Virus record (IMG/VR): IMGVR_UViG_3300037467_000574
Coordinates: 1-37,755 of that record
Direction: 5' to 3' (one strand)
Origin: a virus
Taxonomy: Duplodnaviria > Caudoviricetes
Length of the DNA stretch: 37,755 nucleotides
The translations under genes and the position numbers were made by a program. Shown piece by piece: positions 1 through 8,654 of this stretch (its first letter is position 1; every line of letters starts with the position of its first letter). The notes beneath the pieces were generated by a model. That model searched no databases. It was not told the DNA's origin and was given only the letters and a program-made list of their open reading frames with translations.

Positions 1-409
1 CGGCGTCCAGGAGGGCGCGCTGCTGGCGGATGTAGTCCTCGGAGACCTCGCCCGCCTCGACCTTGGCGATGACCTCCTGGACGGCGTCCTGGCTGACGTG
101 GGCGCGCTGGCGGGGGCGGGTGGCCTCGTCCAAGAACTTCTTGTAGCGGGCAATCTTCTCGTCCGCGTCGGCCTTGACCTTGTCAATCTTGGCCTGCCAG
201 TAGGCGGCGGTCTCCTCGCGGGTCTTGTAGGACCGCTTCTTCTCGCCTTCCTCGCTGTCGGCGGGGGCAGCGGGCGCGGCGTCGGCGGCCGGGGCCTCGG
301 GGGCGGGAGCGGTGGAAGCCTGCTGCATCGGCTTGGAGTTGGCGGGCGCGGCGGCGTCCTTGTTCTTCTTGGCGGCGGCGGCCTTGAGCGCGGCGGCGGA
401 AGCGGTCAT
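1..409 (-). CDS. Ala/Lys-rich hypothetical protein, truncated by the window edge (MTASAAALKAAAAKKNKD...)
   Basis: Not in the ORF track because it runs off the edge. ATG at 409, AAGGAG RBS upstream, sigma70-like promoter at 468-496, frame open to position 1. Confidence 0.8.
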   Translation of the reverse strand, partial: MTASAAALKAAAAKKNKDAAAPANSKPMQQASTAPAPEAPAADAAPAAPADSEEGEKKRSYKTREETAAYWQAKIDKVKADADEKIARYKKFLDEATRPRQRAHVSQDAVQEVIAKVEAGEVSEDYIRQQRALLDA

Positions 410-467
410 CTTGGATTCTCCTTCACGAAACTTAGGGTTGTCGGTTCGCCCATCGGGCACAGTAGAT

Positions 468-496
468 ACCTTACCAGTTGTCGTTTACCCTGTCAA
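468..496 (-). promoter_or_regulatory. sigma70-type promoter TTGACA-N17-TAAGGT
   Basis: Perfect -35, 17-bp spacer, TAnnnT -10, intergenic, upstream of the gene starting at 409. Confidence 0.75.
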
Positions 497-515
497 CGGT
501 TCTAGCGAAAATATT

Positions 516-1700
516 TTAGAGGCCCAACACGAGGTTCTTAGACGCCCTGGTGATGCCGGTATACAGGAGTTGCTTGCATTGGTTGACATCGCCGAAGCCG
601 TCGTTAAAGAACACAACATTGTCCCACTCCGACCCCTGCGACCGGTGGCAAGTGATGGCGTACCCGTAGTCGAACTGCTGGGGCTTGCCGTCCTTGCTGG
701 GCTCCATCATAGGGTGAGGCTCGAACCAGTCCAAGTTGCACTCCAGCAGGTAGAAGCGCGCTTCGGGGTCGTGTAGCGGCGTGATGTCCAACATAATGGT
801 GCGGTCGCCGTAGTTAAGGTCTTCCTTCAAGTCAATCTCACGGGCCACATAGCCCATAAGACCGTTGACCAGGGGGGTGACCATACGACCGTAGGCCATA
901 GTCTCCCAGTCATTCTTGAGGCACACCAACTTCTCGCCCAGGTTGGGCAGGCCGGAGTACCCGTGGTACCGCCGGATGTCCTCGTTAAGCTGCTTACGCC
1001 GCTTGTGCCGACAGCAGATGACCTGGTCGTACTGGGCCATCCACTCGACCTTAATCTGGTACATCGGCACCACCAACAGGTTATCGCCGTGGGAGCCGTA
1101 AGGGATGGGACGACCCTCGCGCGCCTGCATCGCGGCCCACAGGACCGGGTTGTCTGCGGCCTGGCGGTGGACGTTCTTGAGGAAGGCGTCGGGCGTCTGG
1201 AGGAGCCGGTTGTCCTGCCCCATCACGGGCGGAAGCTGCGCCGGGTCGCCCAGCACCAGGAGGCGCACGCCGAAGCTCATCAGGTCCACCAGTAGCTTCA
1301 TACTGACCATAGAGACCTCGTCCACCACGATAAGCTTGTAGTCCTTGGGAAGCGACCGGGCCAGCCGGAAGCCTGCCACCTTGGACCCCTTGAGCTTGGT
1401 AATCGGGTGCGTGAACGTCGCCAGGATGGGCTCGTAGATGAGCGAATGGATGGTCTGGGCCGGGATGTTCTTGGTGTTAAGCACCAGCGCGGCCTTGCCG
1501 GTGAAGGTAACGAACGCTACGTCGTCCAGGTCGATGTCTAGCGCCTGCATCGCGTAGTTAACGACGGTGGACTTGCCCGTACCGGCATAGCCTGCCAGGG
1601 TAAAGACCTTCTTACGGTGGTCATTCTCGAACCACTCCATAAGGTCCGTAACAGCGTCAAGCTGCTCGTCCGTCAGGTCAATGTCGGCCTTGGTGGTCAT
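516..1700 (-). CDS. SF1B helicase, Dda/RecD-like
   Basis: Walker A GYAGTGKS, FTGKAA, TIHSLIY, Walker B VVDEVSM, LGDPAQLPPV, HRQ, and C-terminal YAITCHRSQGSEW...LYTGITRA. Confidence 0.92.
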   Translation of the reverse strand: MTTKADIDLTDEQLDAVTDLMEWFENDHRKKVFTLAGYAGTGKSTVVNYAMQALDIDLDDVAFVTFTGKAALVLNTKNIPAQTIHSLIYEPILATFTHPITKLKGSKVAGFRLARSLPKDYKLIVVDEVSMVSMKLLVDLMSFGVRLLVLGDPAQLPPVMGQDNRLLQTPDAFLKNVHRQAADNPVLWAAMQAREGRPIPYGSHGDNLLVVPMYQIKVEWMAQYDQVICCRHKRRKQLNEDIRRYHGYSGLPNLGEKLVCLKNDWETMAYGRMVTPLVNGLMGYVAREIDLKEDLNYGDRTIMLDITPLHDPEARFYLLECNLDWFEPHPMMEPSKDGKPQQFDYGYAITCHRSQGSEWDNVVFFNDGFGDVNQCKQLLYTGITRASKNLVLGL

Positions 1701-2026
1701 CGAGTTACTCCCCAGGGGTACGTGCGCTCGAAATAGCGCCTAATGTGCGTCGGATATGTCTGATGAAGGGACGAGCCCACTGTAACCAGGGGCGAATGGT
1801 ACGGTCGGGGAAAGCCCTTCTTCCAGCGCCTACACAACCACGCAAGACGTTGTTCCAACCGGTCGTATGCTTCGTCACTGATGTCGGAGCCTCCTAAGAC
1901 GTAATACTGGTAGCGATAGTACCAGACCAGGTTAGTGACCACCCCAATCTCGTGCAGCGGTCCCCGGAAGCGAAAGCCCGGGTAGAAGCGGTAGGGTGAG
2001 TAGTCAAAGTCAGTTGCCAATGTCAT
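1697..2026 (-). CDS. Stand-alone NAD+-dependent DNA ligase subdomain Ia-like protein
   Basis: YYVLGGSDISDEAYDRL...SPLVTVG resembles the LigA Ia motif YYxxDxPxISDxEYDxL...SPTxxVG. Start reassigned to the ATG at 2026. Confidence 0.65.
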   Translation of the reverse strand: MTLATDFDYSPYRFYPGFRFRGPLHEIGVVTNLVWYYRYQYYVLGGSDISDEAYDRLEQRLAWLCRRWKKGFPRPYHSPLVTVGSSLHQTYPTHIRRYFERTYPWGVTR

Positions 2027-2204
2027 CGTAGAACGCCCGTACAATCGCTTTAGCCGTCCACACCTTGAATCCCAGGTCCACCAGCAACCAGAAGTCCAGC
2101 CGTGCCCGGCACAAGCGGCAGTAGTGCGCGTGCTCGCACGGGGGCACCGCATCGAGAACGCCGCAGTAGTGCAGCCATAGTGTCGGCGGGGTGAACGGCA
2201 GCAT
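2010..2204 (-). CDS. Small Cys/His-rich hypothetical protein
   Basis: ATG at 2204 overlaps the upstream stop (TGATG); contains CEHAHYCRLC. Confidence 0.5.
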   Translation of the reverse strand: MLPFTPPTLWLHYCGVLDAVPPCEHAHYCRLCRARLDFWLLVDLGFKVWTAKAIVRAFYDDIGN

Positions 2205-2425
2205 CAGCCCGGGTCCTGCGTGGCTCCAGCCTTGCGGCGGCGGCGCGCCTGCTCCGTCTTGATAGCCCTGATGTGCCAGCGGACCCCGTCCTTGTCGGCA
2301 AGCTGCTCCAGGAAACGAGTCCACCGCGTAAGTAGCTCGACAAGGCCCTTGTCGCTTTCGTCGGCGAGCTGCTCCTTGAACGAAGCGCGCACAGCGCGGG
2401 TGGTGGCGCTATCCGAGCGGCTCAC
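2204..2425 (-). CDS. Hypothetical protein
   Basis: GTG start with GGAG upstream; tiles between its neighbours. Confidence 0.55.
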   Translation of the reverse strand: MSRSDSATTRAVRASFKEQLADESDKGLVELLTRWTRFLEQLADKDGVRWHIRAIKTEQARRRRKAGATQDPG

Positions 2426-2455
2426 GCGGGCTCCACCTTGTTGTCTACCGGCTTG

Positions 2456-4000
2456 CTAACCATACACGACCCCCTTAATCTCGTGGATGCGGAACGCAGG
2501 CTCGCTCTTGTAGATAGCCAGTCGCTTGTAATACTGGCTCTTAAAGATGCTTGCATTGTCGATGAGGTCGTGAACGACGGCACGGGTCTTGCTGCCGTCC
2601 TTCATCCGGCGAAGGATGCGGCCGATGCGCTGCAACGCCTTGGTACTGCTCTTACCCGCGCGTGCGAGGATAAGCACGTTGAGCGCCGGGATGTCCAACC
2701 CCTGGTCGGCGATGCTAGTAGCAATCAAGCATCGAATCTCGCCCGAGCGGGTCTTATCAACGATGTCCTTGCGCGCCTTGTTGGACAGCGTGCCGTGGAC
2801 GAACACGGAGCCGGGAATCATTTTCTCCAGCATATCACCGTGCGGGATGCGCTTGATGAGGATAAGCACCACTTCGCCCCAGGCCATATGCTGCACCGCC
2901 AGGTCGGCGATGTACTTGTTACGGCGCATATCATTGGTAATCCAGGCATCGTACAGCTTGTTGTAGTCCTGGGCGTTACGGTCCAGATTGCCATCCGTGG
3001 GGGCCGGTAGGTGGTGGATGTGGATGTCGGGCCGAACCAGCCAGCCCCGCTCGATAAGCTCGCTGGCGGTAATCTTGAAGGCCGGGGGCGCGCACGCGGC
3101 TTCGATGAGGATGTCGGAGCCGTCATCCCGCCAAGGGCTGGCCGACAGGCCCACCACCGACACGGCATTGGTCGCCGACGACACCGCGCCGTACGCCTGG
3201 AGCGCGCCGAGGCCGTGGCACTCGTCCACGAACACCACCCGGGCGTCCTTCATCATCTGGAGAATCTTACGCTTCCGCTCGTAGTTGGGTACGGCCTCGA
3301 CGCCCTGTACCAGCGCAATGGGGTCAAGGTGCATATTGACGGCACCGTACACCGTCTGTACCGTCGCCACGGTGATATGCCGGATGTCGCACTTGTTGTC
3401 GCCGACACGGCCCACCTTGCAGCCCAGGAACTTCTCGAACTCCTCGGCGGTCTGCCGAAGCAAGTCCTTCTGGTTGACCAGGAACACGGTCGGGGTCGCC
3501 ATCATCTGCGTGTACTTGGCGGCCATAGCGGTCTTACCAGCGCCGGTACCGGCCTGAAGGACACCGCCCAGGCGCGGGTGCCCGAAGCCCCACGCAAGCG
3601 GCTGGGGAGCGAGGAGCGAGAACACGGCGGTATCTTGGTAGTCGCGGGTCTCAAGCTCATCGGTGCCCAGGCCGAGCATATCGGGGTGCGGCGTGTGCGT
3701 CGGAATACCGTTGAACACCTGGAAGGGTACTTGGGCGTGGGCCAGCAGGCCGGTAAGGCGCTGGAGCAGGCCAGTCGGCAGCTTATGGAACTGCCCGGCA
3801 AATTGCGCCCAACTCTCGTCAGGCGCAATCGGCGTAAACAGGTTTACCCGCCCGTCCCAGGTGCCGTAGATGTACCGCTCGTCCTTCTCGTAGTCGGGGG
3901 ACATATAGAAGGTATTGGTGCGGATGTAGGTCTCTAGGTCACTTCCGTAGCCTACGCCACCGACGTAGGTGTCGATGGAGTACACGTACAAGTGAATCAC
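2456..4000 (-). CDS. SF2 DExH helicase, UvsW/XPB-like
   Basis: RDYQ Q-motif, AGTGAGKT, VDECH, GLSASP, QGLDIP, QRIGRILR; N-terminal WDGRVNLF as in UvsW-type helicases. Confidence 0.92.
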   Translation of the reverse strand: MIHLYVYSIDTYVGGVGYGSDLETYIRTNTFYMSPDYEKDERYIYGTWDGRVNLFTPIAPDESWAQFAGQFHKLPTGLLQRLTGLLAHAQVPFQVFNGIPTHTPHPDMLGLGTDELETRDYQDTAVFSLLAPQPLAWGFGHPRLGGVLQAGTGAGKTAMAAKYTQMMATPTVFLVNQKDLLRQTAEEFEKFLGCKVGRVGDNKCDIRHITVATVQTVYGAVNMHLDPIALVQGVEAVPNYERKRKILQMMKDARVVFVDECHGLGALQAYGAVSSATNAVSVVGLSASPWRDDGSDILIEAACAPPAFKITASELIERGWLVRPDIHIHHLPAPTDGNLDRNAQDYNKLYDAWITNDMRRNKYIADLAVQHMAWGEVVLILIKRIPHGDMLEKMIPGSVFVHGTLSNKARKDIVDKTRSGEIRCLIATSIADQGLDIPALNVLILARAGKSSTKALQRIGRILRRMKDGSKTRAVVHDLIDNASIFKSQYYKRLAIYKSEPAFRIHEIKGVVYG

Positions 4001-4009
4001 GGGGTACTC

Positions 4010-4297
4010 CTAAGCTTGTGGGGGCAAGTCCGGGACGCGGTTAACCGCCTCGTTAATGGCCTTCTCGCTCTCCGTGGGCACCGCGCGGGCGGTACGCATA
4101 TGGGTCAGCATCACGCGGAAGGCCGACATCAACAACTGGTTGTTGGTCGCCATAACCTCTGCCACGGTGGACAGAAGCATATCGACCTGGGGGTCCACCT
4201 CGAAACGGGGGTTCTTGCTAATCTCCCGGTCGAGGGTGCCCTTAAGGGCCTTGTACACCCCGTCGAAGGACAGGGCTTGCTCTAGGCGCGGGTCCAT
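4010..4297 (-). CDS. Hypothetical helical protein
   Basis: Tiles in the operon with phage-like codon usage. Confidence 0.65.
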   Translation of the reverse strand: MDPRLEQALSFDGVYKALKGTLDREISKNPRFEVDPQVDMLLSTVAEVMATNNQLLMSAFRVMLTHMRTARAVPTESEKAINEAVNRVPDLPPQA

Positions 4298-4303
4298 CGC
4301 CGA

Positions 4304-4555
4304 CTACTTGTTCATCGGAAACAGGTACGACATCTTGTAGTGGTCCTGCTTCTCGTAGATGATGTAGGTCTTACCCCACTTCAGCGCCATCCAGTTCTCG
4401 GGCAGCGTGGCCCGGTTGGCGTTGCAGTTGGGCTCGATGAAGTTGCGCGCCGCGTGCTGGATGTGGCTCTCGCTCTTGCCGGTGAGTTCCGCGAACTCCT
4501 TAACGCTGAAGAAGGCCGGGAACGCCTGTACTACCTGTTGTTCGTCCATCAGCAC
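4304..4555 (-). CDS. Excisionase/MerR-like HTH DNA-binding protein
   Basis: FSVKEFAELTGKSESHIQ helix-turn-helix plus ALKWGKTYII wing; GGAGG RBS. Confidence 0.7.
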   Translation of the reverse strand: MLMDEQQVVQAFPAFFSVKEFAELTGKSESHIQHAARNFIEPNCNANRATLPENWMALKWGKTYIIYEKQDHYKMSYLFPMNK

Positions 4556-4582
4556 TTTTATACCTCCGTATGGGGAGCGTAA

Positions 4583-4610
4583 GGGCGGTAACCGTCACCA
4601 GTTACCGCCC
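4583..4610 (-). terminator. GC-rich 10-bp hairpin, possible weak terminator or processing stem
   Basis: GGGCGGTAAC-N8-GTTACCGCCC right after the 4624 stop; U-tract is poor. Confidence 0.4.
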
Positions 4611-4623
4611 CGACGACGTTGGG

Positions 4624-5526
4624 TTACGCCTTGGCCTTGGCCGCCGCCGCGAGCATCTTCAGCGCCAACGACAGGTCGTCGTTGAAGGTGCTGGGCGACT
4701 CCGCGTAGAACTGCGCCAACTGCCCCTGGATGCGGAGGGCCTGCATCGTGCGGGCCTCCCACGTATTGCTGTCCACGCTCTGCGTGGGGGCGCTGGCGGC
4801 CACGCCGGGGTCCACCGCCGCAGCGGCAGCACCCTTCTTGCCCTTGCTCTTGGGAGCCTCGGCCGCAGCGGGGGCAGCGGCAGGGGGAGCAACGGGCGGC
4901 GGGACCGGGGCACCCGCCGGGGGCGCGACGGGAGGCGGCACCACCGCCGGGGCGGGGGCAGTGGTAGGCGCGGCCACCGGGGGAGGCACGACGGCCGGAG
5001 CCGGGGCAGTGGTGGGAGGAGCGACCACAGCGGGGGCCGGGGTGGTGTACTTCGCCACAACGGCCAACGCCTCGGGGTCCTGGTCCTCGGCGATGCTGTC
5101 CAGGTAGTCCAGGTAGAGTTGGGCGACCTCCAACTCGTTCCACTGGCGGTCCTGGGCGATGCCGCGCGCTTCCATCAGCGCCAGCACGTCGGTCAGGTCG
5201 CCCTGGCCGTTGACCTCGATGAACTTCAGGGCGAAGTTGAGGGCCACCGGGTTGTCGAACGTGTGGCGGCTGGAGAAGAAGTCGGTAACCGGCCCCTCCA
5301 GGTTGTTCTCGCCCTCATCGGCCGCAGCGGCGGGGACGGCCCCGGCGGCGACCAGCTTTTCGGCCGGGATGCCCAGGGTGCCCGGGTACGTGCCGGAAGG
5401 GTCGATACACTGGGCGACCTTCTTCGGACCCACGTCGCGGAGCGCCTTGATGGTCAAGGTCAGCCCTTGCGGGTAGTCCTTGTACTGCTCCGACAGTTGG
5501 ACCGTTTGGCCTTCTTGCAGACTCAT
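4624..5526 (-). CDS. Hypothetical protein with Pro/Ala-rich repeat linker
   Basis: 300-aa ORF with strong GC3 bias; PTTAPAPAVVPPPVA is repeated. Confidence 0.8.
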   Translation of the reverse strand: MSLQEGQTVQLSEQYKDYPQGLTLTIKALRDVGPKKVAQCIDPSGTYPGTLGIPAEKLVAAGAVPAAAADEGENNLEGPVTDFFSSRHTFDNPVALNFALKFIEVNGQGDLTDVLALMEARGIAQDRQWNELEVAQLYLDYLDSIAEDQDPEALAVVAKYTTPAPAVVAPPTTAPAPAVVPPPVAAPTTAPAPAVVPPPVAPPAGAPVPPPVAPPAAAPAAAEAPKSKGKKGAAAAAVDPGVAASAPTQSVDSNTWEARTMQALRIQGQLAQFYAESPSTFNDDLSLALKMLAAAAKAKA

Positions 5527-5553
5527 TTGGTGTTGTTCTCGCTTTCTGGGGGA

Positions 5554-6684
5554 CTAGGGAAGCTGCGCCGCGCCGTACGCCACGAGGACGCTGTTGAACT
5601 CCGGCTTGCTCAACTGTTGGGGGATACGACCACCGAAGTTCTGCTGGACGTACGCGGTCATCGCGTTCCAGTCGTGGCCCTTCGCCGCAGCACCGGTCGC
5701 CAGGTGTTGCAGGTCTTGTGCCGTTGGCACCCACGGGCCAGCCGTAGCGACGGGCGGCGGGGGAGTCGAAGGCGCGGCGGCCGGAGCGGCCCCAACGGGC
5801 GGGGGAGGCGCGGCAGGCATCGCAGCGGGGGCGACACCAGCAGGTTGACCGGCCGGGGGAGCCAAGCCAGGAGCCGCCAGCGGGGGTGGGGCCACGGCGG
5901 GAGCCGCGACCGTCTGGGCCTGGACGGTGATGGTGGGAGGCGTGCCGTTGCGGCGGGCAATCTCGGCCTGGGCCGCGTTGCGGAACTCCCAGTCGGGCGT
6001 GACCTTGTCGGACAGCATCGCCTTTTCCACGTACCACTGCAAGAGGCCCACGTCGTTCAACGGGGACGCCAGCGAGTGGCCCTTGCCTTCCTTGGCGTAG
6101 CCCTTCATTTCCTGCCCGTTGGCGCGCAGGTAGGTCTGGCCGTTGAAGTTCACGCCAGCAGGCGCAGCGCCCGCAGGAGCGGCCACCGGCGGCGCACCGG
6201 CCGGAGCGGCGATGCCCGGGGGAGCCGCACCCGGAGCAACGGCGGCAGGAGCCGCGTAGGCGGGACCGGCGACACCCGCAGCCAACATTTCCTCGGCCAT
6301 CGCCTCGGACACGTTGAACGCCGCCGAAATGGCACGGCCCATCGCACGCGTTTCCGCCATACGAGGGTACGCCGCAGCGGTGTTCTGGCTGGTGCAGTTG
6401 GTGGGCGTGGCGTCACCAATGCCGGTGAACCGCATCACCCCGTTTTCGGGCTCGTAGTCCGACTTGACCTCGATGACGGCCTTGAAGATGCACATCGGCA
6501 ACTCCGCCGTAGGAAGAAGCAACGGCTGCACATCGTAGCCAACGATGTAGAAGCCACGGTCGATGGCGTTGCGATGGGCCTTGTCCACCAGGCCGTCAGC
6601 GGTGGGGTGTTGCTTGTTACCGATGGGAGTGGTCTTGGTAGCGTCCAAGCCGTTGAGGTGTTTCATCCCTTGACTCATCGTCAT
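5554..6684 (-). CDS. Probable Rad52/Sak-like single-strand annealing recombinase with Pro/Ala linkers
   Basis: N-domain FTGIGDA...YPRMAETRAMGRAISAAF resembles the Rad52-fold signature; AAGGAG RBS; adjacent to a Gam-like gene and helicases. Confidence 0.6.
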   Translation of the reverse strand: MTMSQGMKHLNGLDATKTTPIGNKQHPTADGLVDKAHRNAIDRGFYIVGYDVQPLLLPTAELPMCIFKAVIEVKSDYEPENGVMRFTGIGDATPTNCTSQNTAAAYPRMAETRAMGRAISAAFNVSEAMAEEMLAAGVAGPAYAAPAAVAPGAAPPGIAAPAGAPPVAAPAGAAPAGVNFNGQTYLRANGQEMKGYAKEGKGHSLASPLNDVGLLQWYVEKAMLSDKVTPDWEFRNAAQAEIARRNGTPPTITVQAQTVAAPAVAPPPLAAPGLAPPAGQPAGVAPAAMPAAPPPPVGAAPAAAPSTPPPPVATAGPWVPTAQDLQHLATGAAAKGHDWNAMTAYVQQNFGGRIPQQLSKPEFNSVLVAYGAAQLP

Positions 6685-6699
6685 ATGGGCTTTCTCTCC

Positions 6700-6864
6700 T
6701 TACTTCCGTTTAGGCGGGGCGGGGCGCTTTTCCACGGCATCCGCGAAGTCGTCAAAGATACGACGGGCAATCTCTGCGATGCCCACGCCGCAGCGGGAAG
6801 CTTCGTCGTTAAGGGCCTTGAGTTGTCGCGGGGTCAGGGAAAAGGTCTTCTTGTCTAGCGCCAC
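6700..6864 (-). CDS. Ribbon-helix-helix (CopG/Arc-like) regulator, 54 aa, not in the ORF track
   Basis: My translation: MALDKKTFSLTPRQLKALNDEASRCGVGIAEIARRIFDDFADAVEKRPAPPKRK. Beta strand KTFSL, helix, G-turn, EIARR helix; GTG start with AAAGGAG RBS. Confidence 0.75.
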   Translation of the reverse strand: MALDKKTFSLTPRQLKALNDEASRCGVGIAEIARRIFDDFADAVEKRPAPPKRK

Positions 6865-6921
6865 AAGCTGGGCACTCCTTTCGAGGCGTGCGCGGTGCGT
6901 GGTGTACTGTGGATGTACTGG

Positions 6922-6950
6922 AGTGTACCGTACCCGCGCACGCCTGTCAA
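6922..6950 (-). promoter_or_regulatory. sigma70-type promoter TTGACA-N17-TACACT
   Basis: Consensus -35, 17-bp spacer, good -10; upstream of the RHH and recombinase genes. Confidence 0.8.
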
Positions 6951-6971
6951 GCGCCCCGGTACATTCCGTAC

Positions 6972-7544
6972 CTACCCGATGTAGAACCGCTTTTCGGCGG
7001 GACGTACCGCCAGGCCGGGCGGCATTTTGGGAAGCTTCTCGACGTACTTATTGACCATCCGCTTGTCGTACTTGGGCTCGAACGACACCGCTTCGGGTAA
7101 ATGGTTGCTTACCCAGTTTTGGTAAGCCTGCTCGTCCGTTACCTCGATAGCAGCAGGTACCTTGCGGAAGTACAGCTTTGCGCCACAAGGTAGGTTTACC
7201 GTTTCGGCCTTCTTACCCGCCAGTTGCCGCGCGGCGAACGCCTGGAGGTTGGGCATGTACCGCCGGGTGAGCCAGCTAATCTTGCTCTCCAACTCCCGCT
7301 TCTTGGCCTGGAAGGCGGCTTCCCGGCGGGCCAACTCCTCTTTGTACGCGGTCAAGCGCGCCATAACGGCGTCGGCGTCGTCCTCGGAGGTAACAGCCCA
7401 GTCCAACGACAGCATTTCGCCGAAGTCGCTCAAGTCCTCGTAGACGAGCGCGTACCCTTCTTCCTGGTACAGTTCGGCGTGCTGATGTGGCGGCACCGCA
7501 TCCGGGGCCGGAAGCGGGATGAGTTCTTGGTTTTCGGTCGTCAC
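6972..7544 (-). CDS. Host-nuclease inhibitor Gam / Gp157-like DNA-end-binding protein
   Basis: Coiled coil followed by KKAETVNLPCGAKLYFRK...EVTDE...W...PKYDKR, typical of the Mu Gam/Gp157 families. Confidence 0.75.
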   Translation of the reverse strand: MTTENQELIPLPAPDAVPPHQHAELYQEEGYALVYEDLSDFGEMLSLDWAVTSEDDADAVMARLTAYKEELARREAAFQAKKRELESKISWLTRRYMPNLQAFAARQLAGKKAETVNLPCGAKLYFRKVPAAIEVTDEQAYQNWVSNHLPEAVSFEPKYDKRMVNKYVEKLPKMPPGLAVRPAEKRFYIG

Positions 7545-7567
7545 GGCCGCTCCTTTTCTGGGTTCCC

Positions 7568-7596
7568 ATTATACCGCATGTAAGGTAATGGGGCAA
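7568..7596 (-). promoter_or_regulatory. sigma70-type promoter TTGCCC-N17-TATAAT
   Basis: Perfect -10, 17-bp spacer, upstream of the Gam-like gene. Confidence 0.75.
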
Positions 7597-7601
7597 GCTC
7601 T

Positions 7602-7811
7602 CTAAGGTTCGCGCGTACCGGCCTTCCAGCCCCACCAGAACGACCGGAGTTCTTGGATGTACCCCATCCGCCACACCTCCTGGCCGCCGAAGAAGGCTTT
7701 AACGTGCCCGGTACGCTCTCCGAAGTACCTAAGCTCCCAGTTGCGTTCTCGCAAATGCAAGATGCACTCCTGGTTGTCTCGGCACCATTCTTCCCACTTG
7801 TGACGCAACAT
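7602..7811 (-). CDS. Trp-rich hypothetical protein
   Basis: TAATG coupling to the upstream gene; GGAG RBS. Confidence 0.6.
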   Translation of the reverse strand: MLRHKWEEWCRDNQECILHLRERNWELRYFGERTGHVKAFFGGQEVWRMGYIQELRSFWWGWKAGTREP

Positions 7812-8038
7812 TAACCTACTCCGTGCTCGCGCATTTCAAAACACGACATATGCGTGTGTTCTGTCTTGTCCGGGATATTCGGTCGGTTCAAGTAGTCCAG
7901 GTAACGCGACTTGTACTTTCGGTGCCAGTAGCGGCTCAAGACGTAACGAAAACCCTTGACGATAAGTTCGCCACAAATATCGCAGGGGTGTTCTTTAGCC
8001 GCTTTACGGAGGTCGTGCTGGCCTTCATCTAGGGTCAT
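7811..8038 (-). CDS. Small Zn-binding phage protein
   Basis: RKAAKEHPCDICGELIVKG..Y and C-terminal HMSC; GGAGG RBS. Confidence 0.7.
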   Translation of the reverse strand: MTLDEGQHDLRKAAKEHPCDICGELIVKGFRYVLSRYWHRKYKSRYLDYLNRPNIPDKTEHTHMSCFEMREHGVG

Positions 8039-8202
8039 TATTCCTCCAAGTCGAACACATCAAGCTCGAACTCCTTGAGTTGCTTCAACAGGTGTTCCTT
8101 GAGACCGTCGTCGCCCTCCTTTTCCTTGAGCCGTTCAACGGTCTCACGAAGGGCGTCGATGTTCGCCTGAATCTTGTCGAACACCGTAATCTCGTTACCC
8201 AC
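8038..8202 (-). CDS. Acidic coiled-coil protein, 54 aa, not in the ORF track
   Basis: MGNEITVFDKIQANIDALRETVERLKEKE...; AAGGAGG RBS; stop overlaps the next start. Confidence 0.7.
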   Translation of the reverse strand: MGNEITVFDKIQANIDALRETVERLKEKEGDDGLKEHLLKQLKEFELDVFDLEE

Positions 8203-8371
8203 GCTTTACCTCCTTGGGCCACGCTACGGCCCCTGTCTTGGTGTCCACCACTACAAGACGAAGCCCCGGCTTGCGGGCCAGGGCGTTGCGTCGGGATTGA
8301 ATCGCCTCATCGAGCGTTAACCCAGGCGAGGACCAGTAGACGTTGTGGTCCGCGAGTTTTACGCAGTACAT
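8195..8371 (-). CDS. Hypothetical protein (MYCVKLADHN...)
   Basis: AAGGAG RBS before the ATG at 8371. Confidence 0.65.
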   Translation of the reverse strand: MYCVKLADHNVYWSSPGLTLDEAIQSRRNALARKPGLRLVVVDTKTGAVAWPKEVKRG

Positions 8372-8379
8372 GAGGCTCC

Positions 8380-8586
8380 TTACCAGCGGTTGAACCGCAT
8401 AAAGTCGTAAACGTAGGCCGCGTCGTCTTTGACGAAGTACGAGCCTACAGTCTCTCCAGCGTCGTTCATTTCGAACACGATGCACCCACCGTACCAAATT
8501 TTGGTCAGCTTGGCCGTTCGGTCGTATTTGAACAGTTTGGCCTTGCTTACCGCGCGGAGTAGCGGCGGTACATCTTTTGGTGACAT
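8380..8586 (-). CDS. Hypothetical protein (MSPKDVPP...)
   Basis: GGAGG RBS and a promoter upstream. Confidence 0.65.
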   Translation of the reverse strand: MSPKDVPPLLRAVSKAKLFKYDRTAKLTKIWYGGCIVFEMNDAGETVGSYFVKDDAAYVYDFMRFNRW

Positions 8587-8620
8587 TAGCTGGGTAACCT
8601 CCGTTCTTTGACACCGGGAC

Positions 8621-8649
8621 ATCTTACCCCGATTAGGCCCCCAGCGCAA
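8621..8649 (-). promoter_or_regulatory. sigma70-type promoter TTGCGC-N17-TAAGAT
   Basis: 17-bp spacer; GG precedes the -10 as in the promoters at 468, 6922 and 7568. Confidence 0.6.
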
Positions 8650-8654
8650 GGGGT

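Noticed and set aside
4570-6858. 762-aa plus-strand ORF
   Set aside because: Antisense shadow of two GC3-biased Pro/Ala-rich genes; Gly/Arg-rich, no RBS and no domain pattern.
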